A stretch of 64,000 nt of DNA from Promethearchaeota archaeon (GCA_048939765.1 JBHLPF010000017.1:1-64000), one strand, 5' to 3'; positions 20,449 to 30,129 are shown, counted from the stretch's first letter. The notes: generated by a model not told the origin, from the sequence alone. Numbers and translations are program-made.

Positions 20449-21234
20449 CTATTTTGTGGCTACTACAACCATACGCTCAGAATTTGCGGCATATGGCATC
20501 TTCGGAAGTTTGTTTTGCCCGTAGAGTTCGCTCCTGGAAAAGCCCACCTGTCTTAGGAGATCGCGAATTTCAAGTGCAGTGTACATTCGGATGTCGTTGC
20601 CAGCGAGTGCATCCTCATTCATCTCGATTATGCGGCCATTAGCCACATCAATGAATGATGCTGGCCGTCCTCTCAGAACTCCCGCTGGTGCATCGAGTAC
20701 ATGAGGCTCACTTAACAGATAGCCATCTTCTAGCTTTGTCCATGTCTTATGGAAACGCGGAAGATTGTAGGGATTCATCAGGTCAAGCAGAAGCTTCCCG
20801 CCTTCGACGAGCGCATTGAATGACCCCTCAAGAACACGCTTGTTCTCATCATGATTGAAAAAGCCAAAGCTGTGACTCAGAAGCACTGCAGCATCAAACT
20901 GGCTTGGAAAATCAATCTCCCTCATGTCACCCATTGAGAGATTCACCTCAAGATTGGCCTCAGCTGCCTTCTCCTTAGCAATTTTAATCAGCCTTGTTGA
21001 AAGGTCGAATCCAGAAACATTGATTCCGCGTTCTGCAAAAAGGATGCTCTGATCACCGGCTCCACAGGCTATGTCGAGCAGCTTCTTTCCTTTCTTCAAG
21101 CTCAAGGCATCCAGGCAGAATTCAACTACCATCTCATCATATTGTTGAATTCCCGGAATGATTTGACGATATTTGACCCTGAACACTTCAGCCCAGAATT
21201 CATCCCAGCCAAAATCAACGCGCTCCATGTTCAC
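20449..21234 (-). CDS. Class I SAM-dependent methyltransferase
   Basis: LLDIACGAG motif I, GDMR, FDAAV, SFGFF. Confidence 0.9.
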   Translation of the reverse strand: MNMERVDFGWDEFWAEVFRVKYRQIIPGIQQYDEMVVEFCLDALSLKKGKKLLDIACGAGDQSILFAERGINVSGFDLSTRLIKIAKEKAAEANLEVNLSMGDMREIDFPSQFDAAVLLSHSFGFFNHDENKRVLEGSFNALVEGGKLLLDLMNPYNLPRFHKTWTKLEDGYLLSEPHVLDAPAGVLRGRPASFIDVANGRIIEMNEDALAGNDIRMYTALEIRDLLRQVGFSRSELYGQNKLPKMPYAANSERMVVVATK

Positions 21235-21315
21235 TCACTTGGCGATTCTTCTAAGTGCAGGTTGATATGAAGCTTGTTATGAGAATGACAGCTATTGTCG
21301 TGATCGAAAAGCAGC

Positions 21316-21415
21316 AGGAGGTGGAGAAGACCCGCAGCCTGTTGATCTCCGCCGGGAGGGACGCAGACTGAAGCAACAGGAACACAAAGCGTGAACGCGG
21401 GCCTTGCGTCTCCAT
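21316..21415 (-). ncRNA. Candidate structured small RNA (family member B)
   Basis: Nested helices UGGAG/CUCCA, AAGGCCCGC/GCGGGUCUU, CCUGUUG/CAACAGG; possible GACGCA/UGCGUC pseudoknot; TTTATA at 21439-21444. Confidence 0.55.
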
Positions 21416-21584
21416 CGTTTTGAGACGGCCGTTTGGCCTATAAATCTATAGGTTTTCGCTAAAATGCGCGCGCTCTTCGAAAAATCGAAAGTTCTTTCTT
21501 TTAGTTTTATATAGCAAAAATCGAAGTCAAAAGTCCGCTTTTGGCTGAAGGAGAAATCTATTGAACGGAAACAGCGTAAAAGGG

Positions 21585-21660
21585 TGGTAGCCCCGCCAGG
21601 ACTCGAACCTGGGTCCAGTGGGCCAGAACCACTGATGCTGGACCGCTACACCACGGGGCT
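21585..21660 (-). tRNA. tRNA-Gln(CUG), CCA encoded, no intron
   Basis: AGCCCCG...CGGGGCT-A-CCA acceptor stem; anticodon arm AGTGG-TTCTGGC-CCACT; T arm CCAGG-TTCGAGT-CCTGG. Confidence 0.96.
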
Positions 21661-21758
21661 ATTGATAGAGGACCGATCTCTGGAGCTTCGCTCGTTCTGA
21701 ACACCAAATTATCTTTTCGGTCAAGCTCGCATGAAAGAAGTACATGGCAAATAGTAGA

Positions 21759-22652
21759 CTAAACGCCGACCTTGAAGATGAGCGAGTCCCTCAAGATGCG
21801 CTGAAACATCCTGAGGAGGTTCTTTCCTTCGGTGGCAACGGTGGCAAATACGGGATATCCTTCAAGCCCTAGCATCTGAATCATGCGGTCCACTGGGAGA
21901 GCATTTGGCAGGTCTCGTTTGTTCAGAGAAACCACGATGGGCAAGGTTGCCAGCCGATCGGTTCCAAGGGCGATTCGAAGCTCCTGAATCGAGGCCAGAT
22001 TCTCATTCATCTGCTCGGGTGTGGAGTCTGCCATGAATATCATGCCATCTACTCCTCGAAGAACGTTTATCCGCTGAGTAGCATGTCTTCGCTGACCCGC
22101 GACAGTAAAGACATCAAAAACCACCTTTTCACCAGCAGAAACAGGGATGAAGTCAAAGTAAGTAGTCCGACCAAGCTCGTCTGAGATTTCAACAATTCTG
22201 CCCTTAGCTAGAGCTCTCACATTGGCAAAGAGCCACCTGAGTGCAGTTGTCTTTCCGGAGAGAGATGGACCATAGAATACGATCTTTATATGGATGCGTC
22301 CTTCCTCATCGCGCTTCAATGCCTCGCCAGCGACAATTTCTGATACCGATTGAGGTCTGATTTGCGCGGCGCGCGCAATATTGGAGGTTGCTTCTTCATC
22401 AATCCTCAGCTCAGTTGTAGCTGTACTAGCCACAAGTGTTCCAGTTGGAAGCGGTTCACGCCGCCCCACGCGGGGGGTTTCGCGGGGCGCCATGAAGGGT
22501 TCTCCCGGTGCAACTTCAATCTCAACGGGAGGGGTCGTTTCACGAGGTTCTCCTAGGGGCTTACCTGATTCTGGAGCAGCATCTGGAGCCTCTTCTGCTT
22601 TCGGCTCTTCCTTCTTTTTGCCTTTGAATCGAGAAGCCAGCCTCCTGAGCAA
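21759..22652 (-). CDS. MglA-like small GTPase with about 115-aa disordered N-terminal extension
   Basis: IKIVFYGPSLSGKTT, GRTTYFDF, TVAGQ, NKRD. Confidence 0.88.
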   Translation of the reverse strand: MLRRLASRFKGKKKEEPKAEEAPDAAPESGKPLGEPRETTPPVEIEVAPGEPFMAPRETPRVGRREPLPTGTLVASTATTELRIDEEATSNIARAAQIRPQSVSEIVAGEALKRDEEGRIHIKIVFYGPSLSGKTTALRWLFANVRALAKGRIVEISDELGRTTYFDFIPVSAGEKVVFDVFTVAGQRRHATQRINVLRGVDGMIFMADSTPEQMNENLASIQELRIALGTDRLATLPIVVSLNKRDLPNALPVDRMIQMLGLEGYPVFATVATEGKNLLRMFQRILRDSLIFKVGV

Positions 22653-22763
22653 TTACAACCTCTCTCCGAAGATTTAGGGAGATGAAACCGGTCTTAAATC
22701 TTGGGGGGATTGTGTCCGCAGTGAGAGTGAGCTTTATCTGGTGCTTCAACTGGAAAACAAGGC

Positions 22764-23888
22764 ATGCCCGAAGTAATCGACTCCAATTTTGTCCAGAGGA
22801 TGTTCCCCACCTTATTAGATATGGCCTATCTCAACAATGCTGCAACTGGCATCCCACCTATGACATGTGTGACGGCCATGAAGGAGTATTTGGACGATAG
22901 AATCACGGCCAAGGGAGATTTTGATGAAACGCTTGAGAAAATAAAGGAAATTCGGGAACTCCTAGCGAATCTCTTGGGCGGAGCACGAAGAAACTTCGGG
23001 TTCATGCCTAACACTACATCTGGTGTAAACACGTTTGCTCACAGCATAGAATATCCTGGGGGCTCTAATGTGGTACTATGCGACCTAGAGTTTCCAGCTA
23101 ACTATATTCCTTGGCAGCATCTTTGTAGACAGCAAGGAGTGGAGTTGAGAGTTGTGAAGTCAAAGGAAGGGGCCGCTCCAACTGATGCCTTCAAGGAACT
23201 GGTTGATGAGAATACGAGAGTATTGGCAGTTAGCCAAGTGCAATTCGGTTCGGGATTTCGGTCAGACTTGAAGGCCCTTGCTGAGATAGTTCACGATATC
23301 GGAGGCTACCTCGTAGCTGACATCATTCAGGCTGCTGGATGGGCGGATACAAATCTTGTCAAGGAGGACGTGGATTTTGCGGCAGGACACGCACCAAAGT
23401 GGATGCTTGGCCCAATTGGAGCTGGCTATGTCTATGCGAGTGATAGTATTATGGAAGAGTTGACACCAAAGTATTTGGGTTGGTGGGGAGTCAAGGAATT
23501 CAGAGAGTTTGGGTACTTCGAGAGGGAACCATTTCCGGATGCGAAGATGTTCCAAATAGGGTCTCCAGCAATGATCGCGTATGTTGGACTGCTTGAATCT
23601 CTCCGGATGCTCACATCACTGCCAGCTAAGGAACGCGAAAGAAAGGCACTTGATAATGCGGACTATCTTCGGAAACGTCTTCGTGAGAAGGGTATTGAAT
23701 ACTACGAATTCGAGGAGAATCAGAGGTCGCCCATTGTTTCGTGTTCACCAGAAGATGTCGAAACCCTTGACAAGAAGCTAAAGAAGAATAGGATATACTG
23801 CTCAGTTCGTAACGGAAGACTCAGAGTTTCGCCGCATTTCTATAATAATGAAGCCGAGATTGATAGATTGGTGGAGTTTATGGGGTGA
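22764..23888 (+). CDS. Class V PLP-dependent aminotransferase
   Basis: YLNNAATG, NTTSG, DIIQAAG, PKWMLGP (PLP Lys), LRVSPHFYN. Confidence 0.9.
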   Translation: MPEVIDSNFVQRMFPTLLDMAYLNNAATGIPPMTCVTAMKEYLDDRITAKGDFDETLEKIKEIRELLANLLGGARRNFGFMPNTTSGVNTFAHSIEYPGGSNVVLCDLEFPANYIPWQHLCRQQGVELRVVKSKEGAAPTDAFKELVDENTRVLAVSQVQFGSGFRSDLKALAEIVHDIGGYLVADIIQAAGWADTNLVKEDVDFAAGHAPKWMLGPIGAGYVYASDSIMEELTPKYLGWWGVKEFREFGYFEREPFPDAKMFQIGSPAMIAYVGLLESLRMLTSLPAKERERKALDNADYLRKRLREKGIEYYEFEENQRSPIVSCSPEDVETLDKKLKKNRIYCSVRNGRLRVSPHFYNNEAEIDRLVEFMG

Positions 23889-23892
23889 CGAG

Positions 23893-24576
23893 ATGTTTAG
23901 ACAAATCAGTGATAATGTCTACATCAGAGTAAGCAACTCCTTTGACTCAAATATCATCTTCATAAACGGAGGAAACAAGCAGATTCTAATCGATGCTGGG
24001 ACTGGAATGAACCCGGATGGGCTGAATCAGGATCTTGTAGAGATTGGCTCATCTGTGGGAGAATTGACAGACATCATACTCACCCATAGTCATATAGATC
24101 ACATCGGGGGTGTCCCACCAATCATCGCAGAATACAGTCCGACTCTGCACCTTCACAAATCTGAAGGGGATATGATCAACTCTGGCGATATGCGACTGAC
24201 CCTTTCTACCACCTTTGGAGTAGAACTACCACAGATGAAGATAGATAGCCTTCTTGAGGAAGGGCAGGACCTTTCCCTTGGTGACGTTTGCTTCAAGGTA
24301 CATAGCACTCCAGGTCACTCTATTGGCAGCATATGTCTGCATATCGAAGATCAGGGGATTCTGATCACAGGTGACACCTTATTCTCAGGAGGTAGTTTCG
24401 GACGAGTTGACTTTCCCACAGGAGATCCTAACCAATTGGTTGAATCGTTGCGGAGGATCACAGAGTGGGAATTCGTCATAGCACTTCCAGGACATATGAA
24501 TGCAATCACAAGTAATGCGAAGCAACACGCAGAGGCATCATTCGCCATGGCAAGTAGAATGTTTAGGTACCAGTGA
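23893..24576 (+). CDS. MBL-fold metallo-hydrolase (glyoxalase II-like)
   Basis: LIDAG, THSHIDHIGG, TPGHSIGS, GDTLF, PGH. Confidence 0.92.
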   Translation: MFRQISDNVYIRVSNSFDSNIIFINGGNKQILIDAGTGMNPDGLNQDLVEIGSSVGELTDIILTHSHIDHIGGVPPIIAEYSPTLHLHKSEGDMINSGDMRLTLSTTFGVELPQMKIDSLLEEGQDLSLGDVCFKVHSTPGHSIGSICLHIEDQGILITGDTLFSGGSFGRVDFPTGDPNQLVESLRRITEWEFVIALPGHMNAITSNAKQHAEASFAMASRMFRYQ

Positions 24577-25552
24577 TCGCTCGTTCTACCTCTTCCACCG
24601 ACAACGGAGATACTTTGCCTGCATCTTTCTCGAATTTGGTGACTTTTGACTCGAGAGCCTTCACAAGTGCATAGACAGACTCGCTCAGAGGGGTTTCAAT
24701 GCCAAGATCTTTTGCTAGTCGTATAACCTCTCCCGTGATCGAGTCAATTTCGGTCTGCTTGCAGCATCGGATGTCTTGAAGCATGGAGTTGATGTTATCT
24801 GAAGTGGCCTTAGCAGTTCCAAGAGCATATCGGACTGGGTCGTCAGTGGTGAGCTCTATGCCCAATGCATCAGCCACGCTGGCGGTTTCCTCTACAAGCT
24901 TGATGACAAGTTCTCGAAGGCGCATGTCATTATAGATCTCTCCATTAGTCATGCCTGTGAGTGCCCCTATGGGATTGATACCGCAGTTGACAATAGTCTT
25001 GGTCCAAACAACACCCTCGATATTCTCAGAAGAAACTACATTGAACCCTGCATTTCTCATTATCGCAACTACTGCCTCGACCATTTCCTGATTCTCTGGG
25101 AAGTGAGACCCAATCTCAGTGATTCCAGCCCCTGTAACAGTGACTTCTCCAGGTGCGGTCATTAATGCACCCATACAGGTTGTGGCCCTCAGTACTCTAC
25201 GAGTTTCGAGGACCTTGGCTACTCTCTTCTCTGTACCGATTCCATTCTGGAGAACTAGAAAGTACGTCCCTCTCTTCACTAGGTGTTTCATTTTGCCTGC
25301 CGCTTCAACTGCATCATATGCTTTGGTTGTAATGAGGACTAAGTCAGCAGCATCGATATCCTCACTGTTTTGTGTGGCCCTAAGGGGGAGTGTGTGTTCG
25401 CCCAACACACCTTTGATTCTCAAGCCGCGTTTGTTGATAGCATCCACATGGGGCTTTCTCCCTACTAGAAGAGTCACTTCTTCACCAGCAAGACTCAGCA
25501 ATCCGCCATAGAGGCTTCCTATTGCTCCAGAGCCCATAATCACAATCTTCAA
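24563..25552 (-). CDS. panE: 2-dehydropantoate 2-reductase
   Basis: GSGAIG, TKAYD, LQNGIG, WTKTIVN, SMLQD, TEID. Confidence 0.93.
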   Translation of the reverse strand: MKIVIMGSGAIGSLYGGLLSLAGEEVTLLVGRKPHVDAINKRGLRIKGVLGEHTLPLRATQNSEDIDAADLVLITTKAYDAVEAAGKMKHLVKRGTYFLVLQNGIGTEKRVAKVLETRRVLRATTCMGALMTAPGEVTVTGAGITEIGSHFPENQEMVEAVVAIMRNAGFNVVSSENIEGVVWTKTIVNCGINPIGALTGMTNGEIYNDMRLRELVIKLVEETASVADALGIELTTDDPVRYALGTAKATSDNINSMLQDIRCCKQTEIDSITGEVIRLAKDLGIETPLSESVYALVKALESKVTKFEKDAGKVSPLSVEEVERAITGT

Positions 25553-26337
25553 GGTTCGACCTCCTCGTAAGCCGCTTCAATTTGAGTAGCGAGATGAGTT
25601 TTTATGAGAGAGACCCCTCGACTTAGATTCCTCTGATTATCAAAGTCTGCAACAAGAGCATCCAGTTTTGCATGAGGCCAATCCTTCATCTCACGAGCGT
25701 ACTGCACCATAAGGGGTACAGCCCTTACTATATTATCAACAATAGTGATGTCGGAGAATATCGCTGTGCGTGACATCGGATTTAGGTCAATAGTTATCAC
25801 AAACTTGCCAATTGCCTTCAGCGCCTCTGTCCTGTCTCCATCTTCGAGAGGGACCAATACCACATCGGCCCTAGCTATCCCTTCTGAGTCAACCTTTCGT
25901 CTGTTGCTACTTAATTCGGGGATTGTTTCAGACGGCCTATCGTGTGTCCCCAGTACTTCTTTTGCACCAGCAGCCAGTAGAGCCTCAAGAATGGCATCTT
26001 CTCTCTCTGGCCGATAATAGAACAGGTTGATCTCCAGTGGTGCCTTAGTGAGCTCCGACAACTCAACGAGCTCATCTGGAACCAGAGCACAGACATTTCC
26101 ATTTACACTGATGACAGGATGCTCTGCTAGCAGCATTGCAGCAACTGCGGCTCTGCATGCTCCTATAGCCTCGGTGTTTGTGATTTCACCAATCATATAG
26201 TCGAATGCCTCTCCACGACCATGAGCTAGAAGACCAGCGGTAGCAACAATTTTCTTCTCATGCCCCTCAATTATCTTCTCTCGAATGTCCAATGAAACTT
26301 TTCGAGGATGGTCTGCGGGCACGTCTATTTTCGTCAT
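25549..26337 (-). CDS. 4-phosphopantoate--beta-alanine ligase (phosphopantothenate synthetase)
   Basis: HPR, AHGRGEAFDY, SVNGN, VPLEDGDR, IDLNPMSRT, DNIVRA. Confidence 0.95.
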   Translation of the reverse strand: MTKIDVPADHPRKVSLDIREKIIEGHEKKIVATAGLLAHGRGEAFDYMIGEITNTEAIGACRAAVAAMLLAEHPVISVNGNVCALVPDELVELSELTKAPLEINLFYYRPEREDAILEALLAAGAKEVLGTHDRPSETIPELSSNRRKVDSEGIARADVVLVPLEDGDRTEALKAIGKFVITIDLNPMSRTAIFSDITIVDNIVRAVPLMVQYAREMKDWPHAKLDALVADFDNQRNLSRGVSLIKTHLATQIEAAYEEVEP

Positions 26338-27269
26338 AGAACCAACCTCCCACCATCTTCTGAAATGCCGGTCAGCTGGACTTGATTAGGATCCCAGATG
26401 TTTGACAAAATGCCAATAGCTTGCCCGGACTCATCATTCCGGCAGATGCAGAAAATTGAGTCCCCAAGCATCACCATACTTGAGTCATTTAGTCCGACCG
26501 CTTCAAGTTCATCAAGTGCTGATTGAACTTTAGGTGTCATTAGTCCAATTGAGTGAGCAAACTGTTTTGAATAGTGGATGATGCTCTCAAATGTAGGATT
26601 CGTTACAAGTTCCTCCATTAGCTCATCAGCTACTTTGATAATATGCCCTCTATGCTCTTTGTTTGTGAGCACACTCTTGGTGTCAAGACCTGGAGCACCA
26701 GCAAGGACAATATCAAGGGATTCCTCGACAGGAATCTTGACAGCCTCCCCAATTCCGGGTGCACCTGGTTTTGTACGGATTTCCACCCCGCCTGTTGTCT
26801 GTGCAATCACATCTCCAAGTCCAGTGCGATTGACGACCTCAGCATAATGTGCATGTTGTGCTGCAGCTAGAGAATCAGAATCAACGAGACTAGAGAGTGC
26901 AATTGCTGTTCCCAAAGCTCCTGCCCCAGAAGCACCAAAGCCTACACCAATAGGGAGCATCGACTCATGGTCAACCTCCACTTTGCAGACTCTTCCGTGT
27001 AGTTGTAGCAATCTCTGAATCACCGTCGTTGTCACTGGGGCTTTGATTGGTCTGCCGTTATACGCGACTGACACCTCTAGCTTCACGTTGTCCACCAATC
27101 TCACAGTCGTGCTAGTGCCGATATCCACACAGAATCCCGCTCCTATGGACCCACAACGAAGAGGGTCTTCATGCTCATCATGGATTCGAAAGATCCCTGT
27201 GATGTGTCCTGGCACAAAGGCTTGGGCAGTATCTAACGGGTTCTCTCCCTGTGATTTCAAGGTGGTCAT
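26334..27269 (-). CDS. Pantoate kinase (GHMP family)
   Basis: FVPGHITGIF, GSIGAG, PIGVGFGASGA, TGLGDV, PGAPG; adjacent to PPS. Confidence 0.93.
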   Translation of the reverse strand: MTTLKSQGENPLDTAQAFVPGHITGIFRIHDEHEDPLRCGSIGAGFCVDIGTSTTVRLVDNVKLEVSVAYNGRPIKAPVTTTVIQRLLQLHGRVCKVEVDHESMLPIGVGFGASGAGALGTAIALSSLVDSDSLAAAQHAHYAEVVNRTGLGDVIAQTTGGVEIRTKPGAPGIGEAVKIPVEESLDIVLAGAPGLDTKSVLTNKEHRGHIIKVADELMEELVTNPTFESIIHYSKQFAHSIGLMTPKVQSALDELEAVGLNDSSMVMLGDSIFCICRNDESGQAIGILSNIWDPNQVQLTGISEDGGRLVL

Positions 27270-27365
27270 ATCATCGCCTGCTTTTGTGCCTAATATATTC
27301 AACCATATACAATGTATCTTGTGTATATACATCAACCTACTAAACTATACAGCTTTCCGTATGTT

Positions 27366-28214
27366 CTACCCCTTCCCAAGGGGAACCAGACTGGTATATT
27401 GTTTGATGCGGGGGTCTGTGTTCTTTGGTGCGGGGAACCCCCATCTAGCATCTATATCACGGCCGCTGAGGTCGAAAACCTGAAAGCTTCCAGAGGACCA
27501 GGTGAGAGGACTAAAGCCAAGAAGAAGCGTCTGAGTCCTCCAGCTGGTGACAACCATATGCCGATGCATACCCGCGGTTGGCACCACAAGGAATACGTTT
27601 GACAACTCCATTAGCAACGATGTGCTGATTCTGTAGAAGAAGCTATATGTCTTACGATGCTCCTCGGTGCCCTGTTCGCGAAGGTCATTCAGATAGCGAA
27701 TGATTGTTTCATCATGAACTGTAGGATCCATCACATCAGAGAGGTCTTCAACATCTACTACTACTGCGGTTTCGAAGTAGTAAGCAAGAGGGAACTCTGT
27801 GATGTGAAAGAGAATGAACTTGTCTTGAGTGATTATATTGTACAGATGTTGGAATATAGCCTGCTTTGAGAATAGCATACTGACATCCAATTTGGCTGGT
27901 TCGAACTTGTCGGAGGCCTCAGAAACGACAAGGCGGAACATGTCATCAAGCATGTCGCCGTCGTAGCCAATACGAACGACATGATAGGGCAATTCGCTAG
28001 AGTTCGGTTCCTTGTACCCTCGATAGGTCAAGAATTCATTGAAGTCACGCTGAAAAATGTCAACCTCATTGTCATTGTCAAGCACAAACAGAGATTGACT
28101 TGGAGTCCCAAAGGATGAGTGTACCTTGTCATATGCCTGAAATCTGGCCCTCTTCTCAGGAATGAATTCACTGAAGATGTCAGGATCATGAGAAGAGTTA
28201 GCCAAAGTATTCAC
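27366..28214 (-). CDS. Hypothetical protein inside the CoA biosynthesis cluster
   Basis: 282-aa ORF with globular composition; no recognised motif. Confidence 0.7.
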   Translation of the reverse strand: MNTLANSSHDPDIFSEFIPEKRARFQAYDKVHSSFGTPSQSLFVLDNDNEVDIFQRDFNEFLTYRGYKEPNSSELPYHVVRIGYDGDMLDDMFRLVVSEASDKFEPAKLDVSMLFSKQAIFQHLYNIITQDKFILFHITEFPLAYYFETAVVVDVEDLSDVMDPTVHDETIIRYLNDLREQGTEEHRKTYSFFYRISTSLLMELSNVFLVVPTAGMHRHMVVTSWRTQTLLLGFSPLTWSSGSFQVFDLSGRDIDARWGFPAPKNTDPRIKQYTSLVPLGKG

Positions 28215-28492
28215 ACCGCCCTTAATGCTGGAAGATTCATCTTATTCATTCATCATGTTCTTGTCGGTCTTGCGTAAGAAACGTGCCCAACATGGCTTGA
28301 TTGCCGCATCTGCCCTGTTTCGGCACTCCCGCACATTCAAGTCGACTCATATATTCTTTACCCACGTCTTGTCGGATGGTATTAAAGAAATGGTGTCCCT
28401 CTTCCTAAGAAGCTTGGTGCGACAGATTACAGGACTAGAGAGTTCGTTCAGTTTATCAACATGTGTTGATTGGTGTATCATGGGCGATTCTG

Positions 28493-29731
28493 ATGACACA
28501 CACATCCAAACTCATCATCGGAAGCTTGAGTCAGTCGCTGAAAGGCAAGAAGATCGCATTGGGAATCACTGGCAGCGTAGCAGCAGTTGAGTGTGTGACC
28601 ATTTCGAGGCTCTTGATGCGACATGGTGCAGAGGTATACCCGATAATGAGTCCAATGGCCCACAGGATAATCCATCCACACTTAATCGAGTGGGCGACGG
28701 GAAATCCCGTAGTTGTCGAGCTCACTGGGCAAATTGAACACGTTGGTCTTGCTGGCAATCATGACGAACGGGTAGACCTCTACCTTATTGCACCCGCGAC
28801 TGCGAATACTATTGGAAAAATCGCGAACGGCATAGATGACACACCGGTGACCACTACAGCTACTTCTGCGATTGGTGCAGGAATCCCACTTCTGGTTGTA
28901 CCAGCAATGCATCGCTCTATGTATGATCACCCAGGTGTTCTTGAAAACATGGAGAAACTTAGAGGAATGGGAGTACAAGTGATGAGTTCCAGGATGGAGG
29001 AAGCAAAGGCAAAGATACTGTCGCCTGATGCGATTCTTGAACAAGTCATCTCAATGCTCAGTCCACAGGATCTTAATGGCAAGCACTTCGTTGTCACTGC
29101 AGGACCAACAAGAGGATGGATAGACAGAGTCAGATTCATCACAAATCCGTCAAGTGGAAGAATGGGGATTGAACTAGCAAGGGAGATAGCCTTCAGAGGT
29201 GGCACTGTAGACCTAGTTATTGGCCCTACAGAATCAGAGCCTCCGACGGGCGTGGAAGTTGTCAATATTGAAACGACAGGTGAAATGTTGGATGCTGTAT
29301 TGAGCTCTCTGAAGAGGACCAAGACGAGCGCTCTGATTTCTGCAGCAGCAGTTCTTGATTACACCCCACTCGAGAAGGAGGAGAGCAAGTTGGCGTCAGG
29401 TAAGAGCGGGCTCTCAATCAAACTCAGACCAACTCCGAAGATAATCGAGGTGGTCCGTGAGAATTACAAGAAGATGTACATTGTTGGCTTCAAGGTAGAA
29501 TCTGAAGTGTCAGACAAAGAGCTGGAGAAGCGAGCCAAGGCAAAGATTGAAGCAGGAATCTGCGATTTGGTAGTGGCTAATGATGCCTATCGAGAAGGAG
29601 TTGCGTTTGGTACTGACACAAACGAGGTGCTGATTGTTGGTTCTGAGGGAGTTGTGAAGAAGGTTCCACTATCTTCTAAGAGAGATGTGGCTAGAGAGAT
29701 AGTGGATGTTATGATCCAGAGAATGAAATGA
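28493..29731 (+). CDS. coaBC: Bifunctional phosphopantothenoylcysteine decarboxylase/synthetase
   Basis: GITGSVAA, APATANTIGK, PAMHRSMY, TAGPT, VRFITNPSSGRMG, AAVLDY, VGFK, VVAND. Confidence 0.96.
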   Translation: MTHTSKLIIGSLSQSLKGKKIALGITGSVAAVECVTISRLLMRHGAEVYPIMSPMAHRIIHPHLIEWATGNPVVVELTGQIEHVGLAGNHDERVDLYLIAPATANTIGKIANGIDDTPVTTTATSAIGAGIPLLVVPAMHRSMYDHPGVLENMEKLRGMGVQVMSSRMEEAKAKILSPDAILEQVISMLSPQDLNGKHFVVTAGPTRGWIDRVRFITNPSSGRMGIELAREIAFRGGTVDLVIGPTESEPPTGVEVVNIETTGEMLDAVLSSLKRTKTSALISAAAVLDYTPLEKEESKLASGKSGLSIKLRPTPKIIEVVRENYKKMYIVGFKVESEVSDKELEKRAKAKIEAGICDLVVANDAYREGVAFGTDTNEVLIVGSEGVVKKVPLSSKRDVAREIVDVMIQRMK

Positions 29732-29766
29732 TGAGAAGACCACAATCTTCCCAATAGCCATTGGCT

Positions 29767-30129
29767 TTAGAGAATCTCGATCAATTTGTCAGCCATTCTT
29801 CGCATATCTACGAATATGAGGCCTAGCTGAGCATCAGGTCGCGCTAGGACCAGGATGAGCGCATGGTCGCCAACAGAAGTCATGAGGGTGTAGCCTTTGT
29901 CACCTTTGACATAGATCTCCATGAGACTTCCCCTATCCAGTTCATTCGTTGCCTTCTCTCCCAAGGAGAGTATCGCAGCGCTAATGGCTGCAACCATTTC
30001 TTGCTCACTCTCAGGCAATGCTGAAGAAATGGGAAGCCCATCAAGAGAAACCAGAGCAGCACCTTCTACTCCAGGCACTGTTTCAAAGTCACGAATGATC
30101 TTATTGATGGTATCTACACGGCTGGACAT
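29767..30129 (-). CDS. Roadblock/LC7 (MglB-like) protein
   Basis: GVEGAALVSLDGLPISS, AAISAAILSLGE, LGLIF pattern; start MSSRVD. Confidence 0.92.
   Translation of the reverse strand: MSSRVDTINKIIRDFETVPGVEGAALVSLDGLPISSALPESEQEMVAAISAAILSLGEKATNELDRGSLMEIYVKGDKGYTLMTSVGDHALILVLARPDAQLGLIFVDMRRMADKLIEIL

Noticed and set aside
22764-23888. Cysteine desulfurase/selenocysteine lyase feeding SelD
   Set aside because: Lacks the catalytic Cys loop (SSGSAC or RxGHHCA); left as a generic class V enzyme
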